A stretch of 64,000 bases of DNA from Fimbriimonadales bacterium (GCA_045862955.1 BTVI01000011.1:3187-67186); one strand, 5' to 3'; positions 1-11,904 are shown, numbered from the stretch's first letter. Program-made: numbers and translations. The notes: generated by a model from the letters alone, not told the origin.

Positions 1-427
1 CTACTCGTCCATTATGTACCCGTTTCACGGTGTCTGATAGCGGCACGGCGGGCACAACGGCGTCCGCCTCGCATGGAGCCAGCAGGCGGTCCAGAAGCTC
101 GCGCTTGAGGTTTGGACGAGCCGCATCGTGCACGGCTACCCACTCCACGGTGGCAGGGAGTGCGCGTAGTCCGTTCAGGCACGAGCCCTGACGGTCATCT
201 CCGCCGGCCACGATATCGTGCTTCAGCGGGATAGAGGCTGCGGCAGCGGAGAACCGTCCGATCTGCTTCGCCGGCACGACGATCACCATGCCTTCGATGG
301 CGGGATGGTTCGCCAGCGCGAGTGCGCCGTGAATCCATAGTGGTCGCCCCCGAATGCTGGTCCACAGCTTGTCGCCCGTTCTGTTAAAACGAACGCCGCT
401 GCCGCCTGCCAGAAGAACCGCGTGCAT
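1..427 (-). CDS. ispD: IspD (2-C-methyl-D-erythritol 4-phosphate cytidylyltransferase), N-terminal 142 codons, runs off left edge
   Basis: Not in ORF track (no stop in window). Hand translation from ATG 427-425: [22 protein letters not shown]...[11 protein letters not shown]. LAGGxGxRF loop and HDAARP motif are IspD hallmarks. Start overlaps the end of the upstream PIN/TRAM gene. Confidence 0.8.
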   Translation of the reverse strand, partial: MHAVLLAGGSGVRFNRTGDKLWTSIRGRPLWIHGALALANHPAIEGMVIVVPAKQIGRFSAAAASIPLKHDIVAGGDDRQGSCLNGLRALPATVEWVAVHDAARPNLKRELLDRLLAPCEADAVVPAVPLSDTVKRVHNGRV

Positions 428-1493
428 CGTAGCCGTCTCCCACCTCTTCGCGGTCGGGGGTCGCGAAGATCATCTTGCCGGCGACCGTCTGGATGACGGA
501 GGTGACGCACACCTGAAGCGTGTTTCCGAGTAGCTCCGCCCCACCTTCCACCACGACCATCGTACCATCGTCCAGATAGCCTACGCCCTGGCCGGGTTCC
601 TTGCCCTCGCGCTGAAGCGTGACTGTCATCGTCTCTCCCGGCAACACGTTGGGCTTCATGGCCAGCGCGAGGTCGTTCACGTTCAGCACTCTTACGCCTT
701 CCAGCTCGGCCACCTTGCTTAGGTTGAAATCGTTGGTGACTATATCGCAGTTCATGGCCTTCGCCAGTCTGACGAGCCGGGCGTCGACCTCATCGCCCGC
801 GGGCGGCGCGAGGCGATCTTGCGTGCGCACCTCGACGTCCAGTTCCTTCTGCATCGCTTTCAGGATGTCCAGTCCTCGTCGTCCTCGTGCCCGTCGCAGC
901 GGGTCGGCAGAGTCGGCGATAGCCTGGAGCTCGTCTAGCACGAAGCCGGGGACGTAGATCTGGCCGGAGAGGAAGCCCGTCTTGGCGATCTCGCCGATCC
1001 GGCCATCTATGATCACGTTGGTGTCCAAGATGTGGATGTTGCGGCGCCGCGATGCCGGCTTGCTCGACCAAGGAAGCCCTTCCTTCACGCTGTTCACGCC
1101 CGCAACGACGAGAAAGACGGACACGAGCGTAACCAGCATGGCGAGGAACGGTCCGACGACGCTTATCCTAAGAAGTATGGGATAGAACGCAAGCGAGATG
1201 AGGATGCCGATGGCGATTCCGACGATGGCATTGATCTTCTCCTCGGTCTCCATCTCCTCCATCTGCCGCCCCAGGTAGCTAAGGAAAATGGAGATTTCGG
1301 CGCCGAGGATTGCGCCCGCCAAAGCTCCGACCATTGTCAAGCCGGAATGCACGGTCCAGGTGCGGTAGCTTTCCATCTCCTCTGCCGGCACCCGGAGCGA
1401 GCGAGCTAATGCCATCAGGGCGTCCGTGCCGTACGTCCAAGCGAGGATGCCGCCTGCAAGCATGCAGGTGACGACGAGAAACATGCGTATCAC
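384..1493 (-). CDS. PIN + TRAM domain membrane protein (YacL-like)
   Basis: ORF 384..1493. N-terminal hydrophobic helices, then [12 protein letters not shown]...[10 protein letters not shown] (PIN) and a C-terminal TRAM-like beta region. GTG at 1493 or ATG at 1484 as start. Confidence 0.75.
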   Translation of the reverse strand: MIRMFLVVTCMLAGGILAWTYGTDALMALARSLRVPAEEMESYRTWTVHSGLTMVGALAGAILGAEISIFLSYLGRQMEEMETEEKINAIVGIAIGILISLAFYPILLRISVVGPFLAMLVTLVSVFLVVAGVNSVKEGLPWSSKPASRRRNIHILDTNVIIDGRIGEIAKTGFLSGQIYVPGFVLDELQAIADSADPLRRARGRRGLDILKAMQKELDVEVRTQDRLAPPAGDEVDARLVRLAKAMNCDIVTNDFNLSKVAELEGVRVLNVNDLALAMKPNVLPGETMTVTLQREGKEPGQGVGYLDDGTMVVVEGGAELLGNTLQVCVTSVIQTVAGKMIFATPDREEVGDGYDARGSSGRRQRRSF

Positions 1494-1588
1494 GCGCAGT
1501 ACGTCTATGCTTCCCTCTCCTCTAACACGGTGGTTGCGAGAGACGCATTGTTAGACCGACCTGCGTCTCCGATGTCTCGTAGGAGCGC

Positions 1589-1998
1589 TCACGACTCCTC
1601 AGATACTCTGAGTCGATTCTCGGCGCGCTCCATTGCAGCGCGATACTCCTTCGCCTTCGGATCCCCGGCGGGAAGCTGAGCCAATCGCTCACGCGCCTCA
1701 TTCAAGGCCACCCGCGCCCGGTCGGGGTCGATCTCCGAGGCGATCTCCGCAGTGTCGGCAAGCACGATGGCACGGTTGCCATCCACCTGCATGAAACCGC
1801 CGCCGACGGCCATCCGGACCGACACGCCATCTGCCCGTGTGTACGTCAAGCGCCCGATCTTCAGTTCCGTCATCAGCGGGACGTGCCCAGCCATCACTCC
1901 GAGGTAGCCGTCTCGTCCCGGTGCGACCAGCGACACGCATGGTTCGTCTGCCACTGTCCGTTCGGGAGTCACGATCGAGAGACGAAAGGTGGTTGCCA

Positions 1999-1999
<1 letters not shown>
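1589..1999 (-). CDS. atpC: F-type ATP synthase epsilon subunit
   Basis: MATTFRLSIVTPERTV...GYLGVMAGHVPLMTEL. ATG at 1999 overlaps the atpD stop by 1 nt (TAATG). The longer ORF start at 2056 lies inside atpD. Confidence 0.9.
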
Positions 2000-4102
<2,103 letters not shown>

Positions 4103-4151
4103 CTCGGCAAACATTCTACCTGCGGGCAAGGGGCGATCGTATCCAAGCCAA

Positions 4152-4181
4152 AACGGCTCGGCGCTGGATCGCCGAGCCGTT
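4152..4181 (-). terminator. Intrinsic terminator after the DUF1559 gene
   Basis: Perfect 12-bp stem AACGGCTCGGCG / CGCCGAGCCGTT with a 6-nt loop. On the minus strand it is followed by TTTTGGCTTGG. Lies 18 nt after the stop at 4199. Confidence 0.65.
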
Positions 4182-4198
4182 ACCCAACATCGGATGCT

Positions 4199-4987
4199 CT
4201 AGCGGAAACGCCAGATGAGGTTGGCGCCCTTGTCCATCGCGAGGATGGAAGCGGCGCTGTACTGCTTGGCATGCCCGTCGGCTAGGATGACGGTCGTCTT
4301 GCCTTCATCCCTGCCCGTGCGGCCGTGGCGGCAGTAGACCGGCTTCAGTTCGCTGGGTTGGCGATCATTCAGCTCCTTGACCAGGTCCCGATCGGACACC
4401 AGCGGTAGCCCCAAGCCCCACTCCGTGGGGTGGTCGTTACCGTTGTAAGGGTCGAAGACATAGGCTCGGTACTTCTCCTGGCGTGGGCCGTGGGGAGTGT
4501 CGGCGAAGAGCGGTATCCTGGCCGGCTCCTTGAGAACGGGGAGCCGGACGATGCTGATGAATCCTTCGCAGCCACGGTGGCCTTGCTCGGCTGGGTCACA
4601 CCCTGTCGGGTCGTAGGCGGTGGCGGAGTTGTAGCCGATCGGCTGCCAAGATCTCGAGTCCCAGTCGGCGGCATATGCAGCGTGCTCGGCTGCGGGGCAG
4701 AGGAACACCGACTTATCCTTCACGTACGGCTGCACCAGCGGCGGCCAAACCCTCCGCGGGTCGGTAGTCGGCGCCCCGTAGTTGGACGATGGCGGCAAGG
4801 CGGCGTTGTAAGAGTCGGCATACATCTCTACGGACAGTGCGAGCTGCTTCATCTGTGATAAGCAAGCAGTCGTCTTGGCCTGCTCTCTGGCCTTGGCAAA
4901 AACGGGGAAGAGAATTGCCGCCAAAATAGCGATGATGGCAATCACGACGAGCAACTCGATCAACGTAAATCCGCGGGAAAGCTTCAT
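4199..4987 (-). CDS. Prepilin-type N-terminal cleavage/methylation domain protein with DUF1559-like C-terminus
   Basis: MKLSRGFTLIELLVVIAIIAILAAILFPVFAKAREQA (type IV pilin-like leader) and C-terminal ...ILADGHAKQY. ATG at 4987 chosen over ORF start 5047. Confidence 0.85.
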   Translation of the reverse strand: MKLSRGFTLIELLVVIAIIAILAAILFPVFAKAREQAKTTACLSQMKQLALSVEMYADSYNAALPPSSNYGAPTTDPRRVWPPLVQPYVKDKSVFLCPAAEHAAYAADWDSRSWQPIGYNSATAYDPTGCDPAEQGHRGCEGFISIVRLPVLKEPARIPLFADTPHGPRQEKYRAYVFDPYNGNDHPTEWGLGLPLVSDRDLVKELNDRQPSELKPVYCRHGRTGRDEGKTTVILADGHAKQYSAASILAMDKGANLIWRFR

Positions 4988-5146
4988 CTCGTTTCCTTTA
5001 GCCTCCATCACACCCGCTTTCGAGCAAGCCGCGGGCCAGTCAGACATATAAACAGACGGTACCCCACATTAGTTGCATCGGATTCGCCCACTGCTCATGC
5101 GGGGGACCGTCTGGCGCTACTTCGACCAATTCCTCCCGAAGCGCGC

Positions 5147-5175
5147 TTGACTTTTCTGACAATCTTTGCTAGTAT
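5147..5175 (+). promoter_or_regulatory. Sigma70-like promoter candidate
   Basis: TTGACT (5147-5152), 17-nt spacer, TAGTAT (5170-5175), inside an AT-rich patch about 70 nt upstream of ATG 5243. Confidence 0.5.
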
Positions 5176-5242
5176 TTGCGCCAGTATCTATCAATATGCG
5201 CTAAGAAGCACATCCAGATACTCCAAGGAAGGAGGAGTGCCG

Positions 5243-5548
5243 ATGGCGTATTGGGATCCTTTGCGGGAGCTCAGCAGGGAAGAGCTGCTCCGGATCACCA
5301 AGTCGCGTGAGTTCTACGACATTCTGGAGGACCTCGTCCGAAGGGAGTTGGCTCGCGAAGGCCGCCGCACGCTCTCCCTAGAAGGGGAACTCGCGCGCGT
5401 CGTGGCAGTCGCGGTGCGCACTTGTGTGGAGCTGCTCTTGCCGCTCACCGATGACACCGCTCCGGGTTCGGGACGCCTACCTTATGATATCATGTCCGCC
5501 CCGCCGCCCTTCTCGGACTTCCCAGAGGACCCCGACGAGATGAACTGA
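5243..5548 (+). CDS. Small hypothetical protein (101 aa)
   Basis: MAYWDPLRELSREELLRITKS... with GGAGGAG RBS. ORF-track start 5147 is the TTG of the putative -35 box. Confidence 0.5.
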   Translation: MAYWDPLRELSREELLRITKSREFYDILEDLVRRELAREGRRTLSLEGELARVVAVAVRTCVELLLPLTDDTAPGSGRLPYDIMSAPPPFSDFPEDPDEMN

Positions 5549-5734
5549 GGCGCACCGGGCCAATTTCCGCCTAGGCCGAGAGAAGTGCTGGCAAATCCGC
5601 CGACTCTGGTGTAGAATAAGAGTTGGCTCCGGTTTTGCGGGGCCCGGTGTATCTGTGTGTCTCGTGGTAGGCGGCAACGCTCCCAGCCCCCGGGTGAGTC
5701 TGAATTACACCTTAAGCCAGAAAGGTAGGAGCGT

Positions 5735-7282
5735 ATGCAGGTTCGCCCATTCTTGGCAGTGCTTCCTCTGGTGCTAGCGGCCTCAGTCTCTGCGGAGGAG
5801 GTCACCTTCCTCTCGGCCAAGATAGCCGAGACACCGGGCTTCATCGGAAGTGCCGTCTTCGGTGAAGACGGCTCGCTGTTGTACTCCGTTCAGAACCCAG
5901 TCGCCAACACTCAGGATGTCATCTACAACGGGGTCAACATCTCGGCAGACATCCTGGGAGCCGATCGGTTCGCTCTCGTAGCTGGCGTGTACGGCGGACA
6001 GCCCGCCTGGTGGGGATATGGCCAACTCACGGGCGGAGACAATAAGTCACGCGTGTTCCTTTACACCACGGACGTGAGTGGAATTTGGGTGCCTAATCTG
6101 GAATGGGCCAGGGCAGCCGCTGCCTCACCTGCGGGCATTGCTTGGTACTGCAAGAAGGCGGGCACGAATGCTCCGCAGGACACCTATAAGAACGAAATAC
6201 TTTTGAGTGGTTTCTTGGGCTCCACCAGGAACACGGTGGCCACGGACATCAACGACCAGGGCCAAGTCATCTGGCACGGCTTCGGCTCCGCGACTGGCGG
6301 TAACCGCGATGTCTACGTGGACTCGACGAACTTCACCGCGAGCATCTTGACGGGCACTCGCCTTGCAACGTCTGTCGCCATCAACAACCGTGGCACTGTG
6401 ATCTGGTTCGGCCGCGGCATCAATACTTCCGGCAAGGAGCACGCGTTCGTGAACGCTACCGACATCAGTGCCCCCCTCGTCGGTGCCAGCACGGTGGCGC
6501 GGTCGGTACTGCTCAACGAGAACGACCAGGTTGCTTGGATTGCCTACTTGACGAACGGGGAAGGCATCTCGGACGTGTGGCTGGACGACCGCAACGTCAG
6601 CGCCGCTATTTTGGGCCTCGACCGGGAGGCTTGGCCGATAGCGCTAAACGACTCGGGTGACTTGCTGTGGTACGGCTCTGGCAGAAACTTGGACGCGGTG
6701 CAGGACATCTTCGTCAACGACTTCAACCTCTCGCGTTCTGTTCTCGGCCCCAATCGCCCGGCGAGCAGTGGGGTAACAATGAACAACCGCGGGTGGGTGC
6801 TCTGGCAGACGCCCAACGCGATGCAGAGTGTGGACACCACCGTTTCCATGCCGTGTAACCGGCCCGTTAGCGGTACCGTGACGCTCGCACAGTATCTTGG
6901 AGACCCAGCGAACGTCCGGCTCACCTTCAGCGTGCGGGAAGCACACCAGGGCTGGAACATGGGTGCGGTCACTGCCTATCCCAACTCCAGCGGCCAGTTC
7001 ATGGTAATGCTGCCCGACGGAGTGTTCGATGTGACGGTCTCTGCACCGACCTTCCTCCGGAAGCTCATCGCCGGTCTGGACACGTCGGGCGCGGGAGTCG
7101 AGGGACTTCAGATCTCGCTGCTCGGAGGTGACGCCGACGGCGACAATGACGTAGACTTCTCCGACGTCGCAAAGGTGATGTACTTCTTCGGTAAGCAGAC
7201 GAGCGACCTGAATGGCGACGGAGTCATGGACTTGCACGACCTGAATCTCGTACTCACGAACCTCGGACTTCACGGCGACTAG
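5735..7282 (+). CDS. Secreted repeat protein with C-terminal beta-sandwich + dockerin-like module
   Basis: Signal peptide MQVRPFLAVLPLVLAASVSA. At least 5 repeats of the type [IL]N[DN]xGxVxW.G.G (INDQGQVIWHGFG, INNRGTVIWFGRG, LNENDQVAWIAY, LNDSGDLLWYGSG, MNNRGWVLWQT). C-terminus GGDADGDNDVDFSDV...DLNGDGVMDLHDLNLVL is a dockerin type I-like EF-hand pair. Confidence 0.8.
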   Translation: MQVRPFLAVLPLVLAASVSAEEVTFLSAKIAETPGFIGSAVFGEDGSLLYSVQNPVANTQDVIYNGVNISADILGADRFALVAGVYGGQPAWWGYGQLTGGDNKSRVFLYTTDVSGIWVPNLEWARAAAASPAGIAWYCKKAGTNAPQDTYKNEILLSGFLGSTRNTVATDINDQGQVIWHGFGSATGGNRDVYVDSTNFTASILTGTRLATSVAINNRGTVIWFGRGINTSGKEHAFVNATDISAPLVGASTVARSVLLNENDQVAWIAYLTNGEGISDVWLDDRNVSAAILGLDREAWPIALNDSGDLLWYGSGRNLDAVQDIFVNDFNLSRSVLGPNRPASSGVTMNNRGWVLWQTPNAMQSVDTTVSMPCNRPVSGTVTLAQYLGDPANVRLTFSVREAHQGWNMGAVTAYPNSSGQFMVMLPDGVFDVTVSAPTFLRKLIAGLDTSGAGVEGLQISLLGGDADGDNDVDFSDVAKVMYFFGKQTSDLNGDGVMDLHDLNLVLTNLGLHGD

Positions 7283-7308
7283 CCTGATCACACGGCTGCA
7301 AGGGCGCA

Positions 7309-7345
7309 GGGAGGTTGGACCGATGGTCCAGCCTCCCCCCTTTTC
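7309..7345 (+). terminator. Rho-independent terminator
   Basis: GGGAGGTTGGACC gat GGTCCAGCCTCCC (one G.T wobble) followed by CCCTTTTCG, 27 nt after stop 7282. Confidence 0.7.
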
Positions 7346-7423
7346 GTGGCCCACCATCCCCCCGTTGGGCCATAATCTCGTAGCGCCCGGTTTGGCGAGG
7401 AGCAAATCAAGGAAGGTACTCGA

Positions 7424-8035
7424 ATGACGAACTTGGCCGGAGCTTGGCGAGTGGCCCTGCCCAAGGTGAAGACGGCGGTCACGGGTAGGACCCTGTGGCA
7501 GGCGCTCGACGTAGTGGTTCCCATCACCATGGAAGACAATCTCGTGGTCCTGGGGGTCCCTCCGCAACATTCGAACCTGGTAGGGCACCTTCGCTCCACC
7601 CCCTGCAAGCGCGCCATCGAGCAGAACCTTTCAGACGCTCTGAAGAAGGCTATCCAAGTCGAGATCATCGGCGGCGATACGATCGCAGACTGGGAGCTCA
7701 TCAAGACCAAGGCGGAGCATGTCAAGGACCTTCAAGAGAAGGAATATCAGCGTTCCGCAGCATCGAAGGCCCGCCAAGAGGCGTGGGAGTCGAGCTACGA
7801 GCAGCTTTCACGCATCAACGCGGCGGTGCCGAACAAAGCCTTGCCTCAGAACCGAGCCCGCCTGCTCATCGATGGTCTGAACGTGATCGTGGCTGCAGCC
7901 CGGGAGCAGGGAGAACTCGACGACCTCGGTGAGAGAAACATGGCTAGGCTGATCGAACGCTTGGCAGGCTATGCCGATGTCCCCGCTCCCGTCGTCGCCT
8001 ACATGGTACTGGAACGCCTGGGCGCCACCTCCTAG
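7424..8035 (+). CDS. Hypothetical protein; N-terminus resembles a DnaA N-terminal (domain I)-type fold pattern
   Basis: AWRVALPKVKTAVTGRTLWQALDVVVPITMEDNLVVLGVPPQHSNLVGHL...AIQVEII follows the W..l...l....f..w...l.p......l.l.vP..f pattern. Assigned by pattern only. Confidence 0.5.
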   Translation: MTNLAGAWRVALPKVKTAVTGRTLWQALDVVVPITMEDNLVVLGVPPQHSNLVGHLRSTPCKRAIEQNLSDALKKAIQVEIIGGDTIADWELIKTKAEHVKDLQEKEYQRSAASKARQEAWESSYEQLSRINAAVPNKALPQNRARLLIDGLNVIVAAAREQGELDDLGERNMARLIERLAGYADVPAPVVAYMVLERLGATS

Positions 8036-8055
8036 CACCGCCGCACTTCAGTCCA

Positions 8056-8082
8056 GTCACGCTGACCCTGTCGAAGCGTGCG
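8056..8082 (+). repeat. Short hairpin motif GTCACGCTGACCCTGTCGAAGCGTGCG (family copy 1)
   Basis: Same motif recurs at 11498-11524, 11905-11930 and inverted at 11986-12011. Internal 6-bp stem CACGCT/AGCGTG. Confidence 0.6.
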
Positions 8083-8356
8083 ACCGCATGCCGCGGCCTC
8101 GGCTTCTGCTGGGGCGTTCCCGACAACTGCTCCTATGCTCCGGGTATCCTCGCACCCTTGTTGCGGCCGGCGCGGATGCGGGGGCTCACATGCGGGCAGA
8201 AACCCGAGCAGTCGCCAGCTACGTGGCAGGCTCGGTTGTAAGAGACGCCGTGAGGCGTGGGCGCTCCAGCGTTGGGGGTCTATCGTTTCGTCGGGATGCG
8301 GCGGTAGACGGCTCGCAACAGTCGAAGCATCCCTAGAAACTCTAGGAGATACGACG

Positions 8357-8743
8357 ATGCATGTTTCCAAGGACGACGTGGAAGTGAAGATGGAGATTCC
8401 GGGTGCAGTGATCCGTCAGCGGATGGACTTCGGTGACGCTTCCGGCTACGGCAGGATCAGCGCCGAGTACTTCAGTCTCTCGGCGGGCGTGGATACGACC
8501 GCGCTATTCGAGGGGCTGGACGGCAACGCGTGCCAGTGCCCGCACTGGGGCTTCGTGCTCCGCGGTCGGATCACCACGACGGACGCGAACGGCGCGAAGG
8601 AGACGGTCAAGGAGAACGACCTCTTCTACTGGCCGCCCGGACACAACGTGAGGGTAGATGCGGACGCGGACATCATCATGTTCAGCCCTCAGCGCGAGCA
8701 TAAGCACGTCATTGACCACATGATCGCGAAGGTGCAGGGCTAG
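8357..8743 (+). CDS. Cupin domain protein
   Basis: MHVSKDDVEVKMEIPG...CPHWGFVLRGRITTTD...FYWPPGHNVRV. AGGAG RBS at 8344-8348. The ORF-track start 8078 lies in non-coding-looking sequence. Confidence 0.7.
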   Translation: MHVSKDDVEVKMEIPGAVIRQRMDFGDASGYGRISAEYFSLSAGVDTTALFEGLDGNACQCPHWGFVLRGRITTTDANGAKETVKENDLFYWPPGHNVRVDADADIIMFSPQREHKHVIDHMIAKVQG

Positions 8744-9046
8744 GCCTAGCGCGGCGGGGCGGATGCATGAGGTGCGGGCAGTTCGCCTGCAACCTCCTCG
8801 TGCGTCCGCCCTACTGTATTTATCCTCCACGTCTGCCAACGCTGCCGAAGCGGGCGACAGACGTTCGACGCGGCTGGGCGCGTAGCCTCTCCACCCCCTG
8901 CGAGCTTCGCGTCCCTCTACGACCTTGGCGTGACTATCCTGGTTCGCCAGTGAGCAGCGGAGAAGGCTAGGAAGCGACAGCACGAGCGGACAACTCACAC
9001 AGTCTGATTGCCATAGCGCTCGGCAGGAGCCCAGTACAATGATCCC

Positions 9047-11446
9047 ATGAACGTACCTGGCCGCCTCGGGTCCCTGCCTACGCTCTTCCTGCTCTCTGCG
9101 CTGCTTACACTATTTGGCCCTACGGCCTGGGCGGCTCCGGGGCCACGCACCACGATCCTCGTCCCCCTGTCCGCCTCGCCGAGTTGGAAGGACATGGCAT
9201 TCCTCGCCGCCGTGCCAGCCGCCACAGTGGCTAACAACGGAGCGCCATCGTTGATCGCACTCGAGGAGACGTTGCAGGTTGGTCCCGAGGTCCAGGACTA
9301 TGCGCGCAGGTACCACCCAGACCGGTGCGTTCTCATCGCCGAAGAGCGGGTCGAGATAGCGCTCGGCCCACGCAAGGCGAGCACGACCCAGGCCAAGTCG
9401 GCCCTCGAGGCCTCTGTGGGACTCAGCAGAGCGTTCTGGAAGTCCAGTCGCATGGCGGTCGTCTGCTCAGAGGACGACTACGCTTCGGCCCTCGTGGCTG
9501 CTCCGCTCGCTGCCCTCCTGAAGTCACCGCTACTGTTCGCCCGCGGGCGGGGCACGTCCGATGCGACGGTCAAGGAACTGACGAGGCTCGAAGTGCGCGA
9601 GGTGATAACCGTAGGTCCCGTCCGTAGTCTGGCGCACCGACGGAGCTGGAAGCTAGCCGCTTTGGACAACGCGCTGGATGTAGCCGCGTGGGCCAGGGCG
9701 CGTGGGCTCGGGGTCCGCTATCTAGCCGTCGTCAACCCACAGGACCGTAGCCGCGGGGTAGTCAGGAAACTCTCGCTGGCAGGCGCGCTGCTCGCGGCAG
9801 GGCGAGGTGGGCTCGTTGCTCCTCTCGCCTACGACGTTCGCTGGAAGCACCCGAGCAAGGCCTCCCCTCTCGACGGAGCGGTCCCGGCTGGAGTTCCGAC
9901 GTCGGTAGCACCCGCCAAGGCAGGCAGCATCGTGCTCGACGGAGAGGCGTACCCCTTCGTCTTGACGGGTGAGCCGGAAGAGCGGCACCTGCGACTATCG
10001 ATCGACGCGAATCGGGATGGGCAGTACGGCCAGGTGGGGGAAGGTCCGTTCGCTTCCGGTGACACCGTACGGCTTGGAGGCAAGACGTACGCGATTTCCC
10101 TCGGCACGCGCACCGGCTTCGGCAAGACCGATGTACACCTAACATGGCCGACGGCGGAGCAGCTCTGTCGTGACCTGCGGGGCTTTTACCGCGCGATCGG
10201 AGCGCCGCCGGAGCATCTCTGTCTCGTCGGCTTCCCGGACGCCATCCCGCAGGCCATTATCGGCCACGGCGGAGTGGTAGAGGAGCAGGTGTCCGACTTG
10301 CCCTATTCCAACGCAGACGAGGACCCCTTCGCCGAAATAGGGGTGGGGCGCGTCATCGCCGAGAACGTGTCATTTGCGACGCTCTACGCCAGCCGCGTCC
10401 TGACCTACCACGACTTGCTCAGTGCCGAGTGGCAGAACCGGGCTTGCCAGGCCGAGTGGGAAACTTCCTTCAGGGGCTTGTTCGAGAACGTAGGCTTCGA
10501 GGCGAGCTACGTACACACCGAGGAGGCTTTGGCGTGGGAGAAGCCTCCGGCAAACGGAAACCCCGGAGTTCGCGAACAGAGCTTTGGTCAGAACTCGCCT
10601 CTGGCCAACTGCGCCGCGATCACCCACGCTAGCCACTCCTGGTGGCGTGCCCTCGGCAGCACCTTTTCGTGGGATGCGACCGTGCTTATGGCCCCTGCGG
10701 TCGTCGAGTCGGGCGGCTGCGGCACGGCCTGCATCGATCGCGAGCCCGACTGTCGGTCGGTCGTTGCGCGCCTGTTTCGCCAGGGTGCGGTCGCTTTTCG
10801 TGGGGCCACGCGGGAGAGCCCGGCGGAAAGCCAGCCAGGACGTCAGGAGTTCTGGAACGGAGTGCTAGCAGGAGCCTCTGTCGGACAGGCGCATAGGCGC
10901 GCGGCGAATAGCACCATGCTTGCAGTACTGGACCTGAACGAAGGGCCCGAGGGCATATACCGCTACTCCCTGAACATCCACACGCTGTTCGGCGATCCCG
11001 CGCTTGTCATGTACCTACCAGCGAAGCCACGGTCGCGGCCGGCATGCGTATCCGTGGAAGGTGACACGGTCTCCGTGCACGCTCCGGAGAGATGGTTGCC
11101 TGTCGAGTTCACCCCTCCTTCGGACTGGAAGGAGTGGGAGGGCAAGCACCTGTACGTGGTTCGTGGAGCGGGAGCCTATGCACTGTCCGACTGGTGCGGG
11201 CAGGGCTACGATCTCGAGCAAATGTATGTCACCGTGGAGTTCACGTCCCGCAGACGTGTCACGAGCGTGAAGCAGGTGCAGACACCCCCAGCGCCGCTCG
11301 GATGGCGAGGAACTTGGCACTGCGATCCCAACCCGGACGGCTCATACACCTACCGCTGGGCGGTGCGACTGATCGACTTCGACCAGATCACGGGAAGGGT
11401 GAAGAGCGCCATAGACCGCCTCGACTACCAGGTGTCATTCGAGTAG
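9047..11446 (+). CDS. Secreted protein: three CWB2-like (cell-wall-binding repeat 2) units + clan CD (C25/gingipain-like) peptidase-like region
   Basis: Signal peptide ...LTLFGPTAWAAP. CWB2-like ...VVCSEDDYASALVAAPLAALLKSPLLFARG...VREVITVGP. Later SDLPYSNADEDPFAEIGVGRVIA, and a His...Cys pair ITHASHSWW...VVESGGCGTAC. Motif-level call only. Confidence 0.45.
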   Translation: MNVPGRLGSLPTLFLLSALLTLFGPTAWAAPGPRTTILVPLSASPSWKDMAFLAAVPAATVANNGAPSLIALEETLQVGPEVQDYARRYHPDRCVLIAEERVEIALGPRKASTTQAKSALEASVGLSRAFWKSSRMAVVCSEDDYASALVAAPLAALLKSPLLFARGRGTSDATVKELTRLEVREVITVGPVRSLAHRRSWKLAALDNALDVAAWARARGLGVRYLAVVNPQDRSRGVVRKLSLAGALLAAGRGGLVAPLAYDVRWKHPSKASPLDGAVPAGVPTSVAPAKAGSIVLDGEAYPFVLTGEPEERHLRLSIDANRDGQYGQVGEGPFASGDTVRLGGKTYAISLGTRTGFGKTDVHLTWPTAEQLCRDLRGFYRAIGAPPEHLCLVGFPDAIPQAIIGHGGVVEEQVSDLPYSNADEDPFAEIGVGRVIAENVSFATLYASRVLTYHDLLSAEWQNRACQAEWETSFRGLFENVGFEASYVHTEEALAWEKPPANGNPGVREQSFGQNSPLANCAAITHASHSWWRALGSTFSWDATVLMAPAVVESGGCGTACIDREPDCRSVVARLFRQGAVAFRGATRESPAESQPGRQEFWNGVLAGASVGQAHRRAANSTMLAVLDLNEGPEGIYRYSLNIHTLFGDPALVMYLPAKPRSRPACVSVEGDTVSVHAPERWLPVEFTPPSDWKEWEGKHLYVVRGAGAYALSDWCGQGYDLEQMYVTVEFTSRRRVTSVKQVQTPPAPLGWRGTWHCDPNPDGSYTYRWAVRLIDFDQITGRVKSAIDRLDYQVSFE

Positions 11447-11497
11447 TGTTGCTTCGCACCGGTCGCAAAGCTCCCGAGCCAGGGACAGCGCAGACCC

Positions 11498-11524
11498 ATC
11501 ACGCTGATCCTGTCGAAGCGTGCG
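11498..11524 (+). repeat. Short hairpin motif ATCACGCTGATCCTGTCGAAGCGTGCG (family copy 2)
   Basis: Near-identical to 8056-8082. Lies 52 nt after stop 11446. Confidence 0.6.
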
Positions 11525-11618
11525 GCCTCTTCCGAAATCGCGTCGACCCGACAGCGTCGGCGTTCGGGTGCTACGTGGAGTTTGCAGGCCACAGAGTGGG
11601 TTGCTGCTGCTCTTCTAT

Positions 11619-11849
11619 CCCCCCACATCCGCGATGTGGAGGGTAGAGTAGTGATAGGAACCTGTTGCTGCTATCCCTCCACATCCGCGATGTGGAGGGT
11701 AGCGTAGCGCCAGGAACCTACCATCCCTCCGCATCCGCGATGTGGAGGGTCGAGTAGCGGTAGGAGCCTACCATCCCTCCGCATCCGCGATGTGGATGGT
11801 AGCGTAGCGATAGGAACCTACCATCCCTCCACATCCGCGATGTGGAGGG
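11619..11849 (+). repeat. Palindromic-hairpin tandem array I (5 units)
   Basis: 25-nt core CCCTCCACAT-CCGCG-ATGTGGAGGG starting at 11619, 11675, 11725, 11775, 11825. The last four have an exact 50-bp period. Linkers are near-identical (TAGCGTAGCGCCAGGAACCTACCAT and variants). Confidence 0.9.
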
Positions 11850-11904
11850 ATAGCACGGTTGTAGAACTTCAGCTCGCCGTTTCCCGAGGATGGGTTACTG
11901 GCAA

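Noticed and set aside
283-510. 75-aa minus-strand ORF overlapping the ispD / PIN-TRAM junction
   Set aside because: It is a different frame of the same strand as two well-supported genes, and its translation is Arg-rich.
1540-1569. Hairpin GAGACGCA...TGCGTCTC after atpC as a terminator
   Set aside because: 8-bp stem with a 14-nt loop and no T-tract on the minus strand. Too weak to call.
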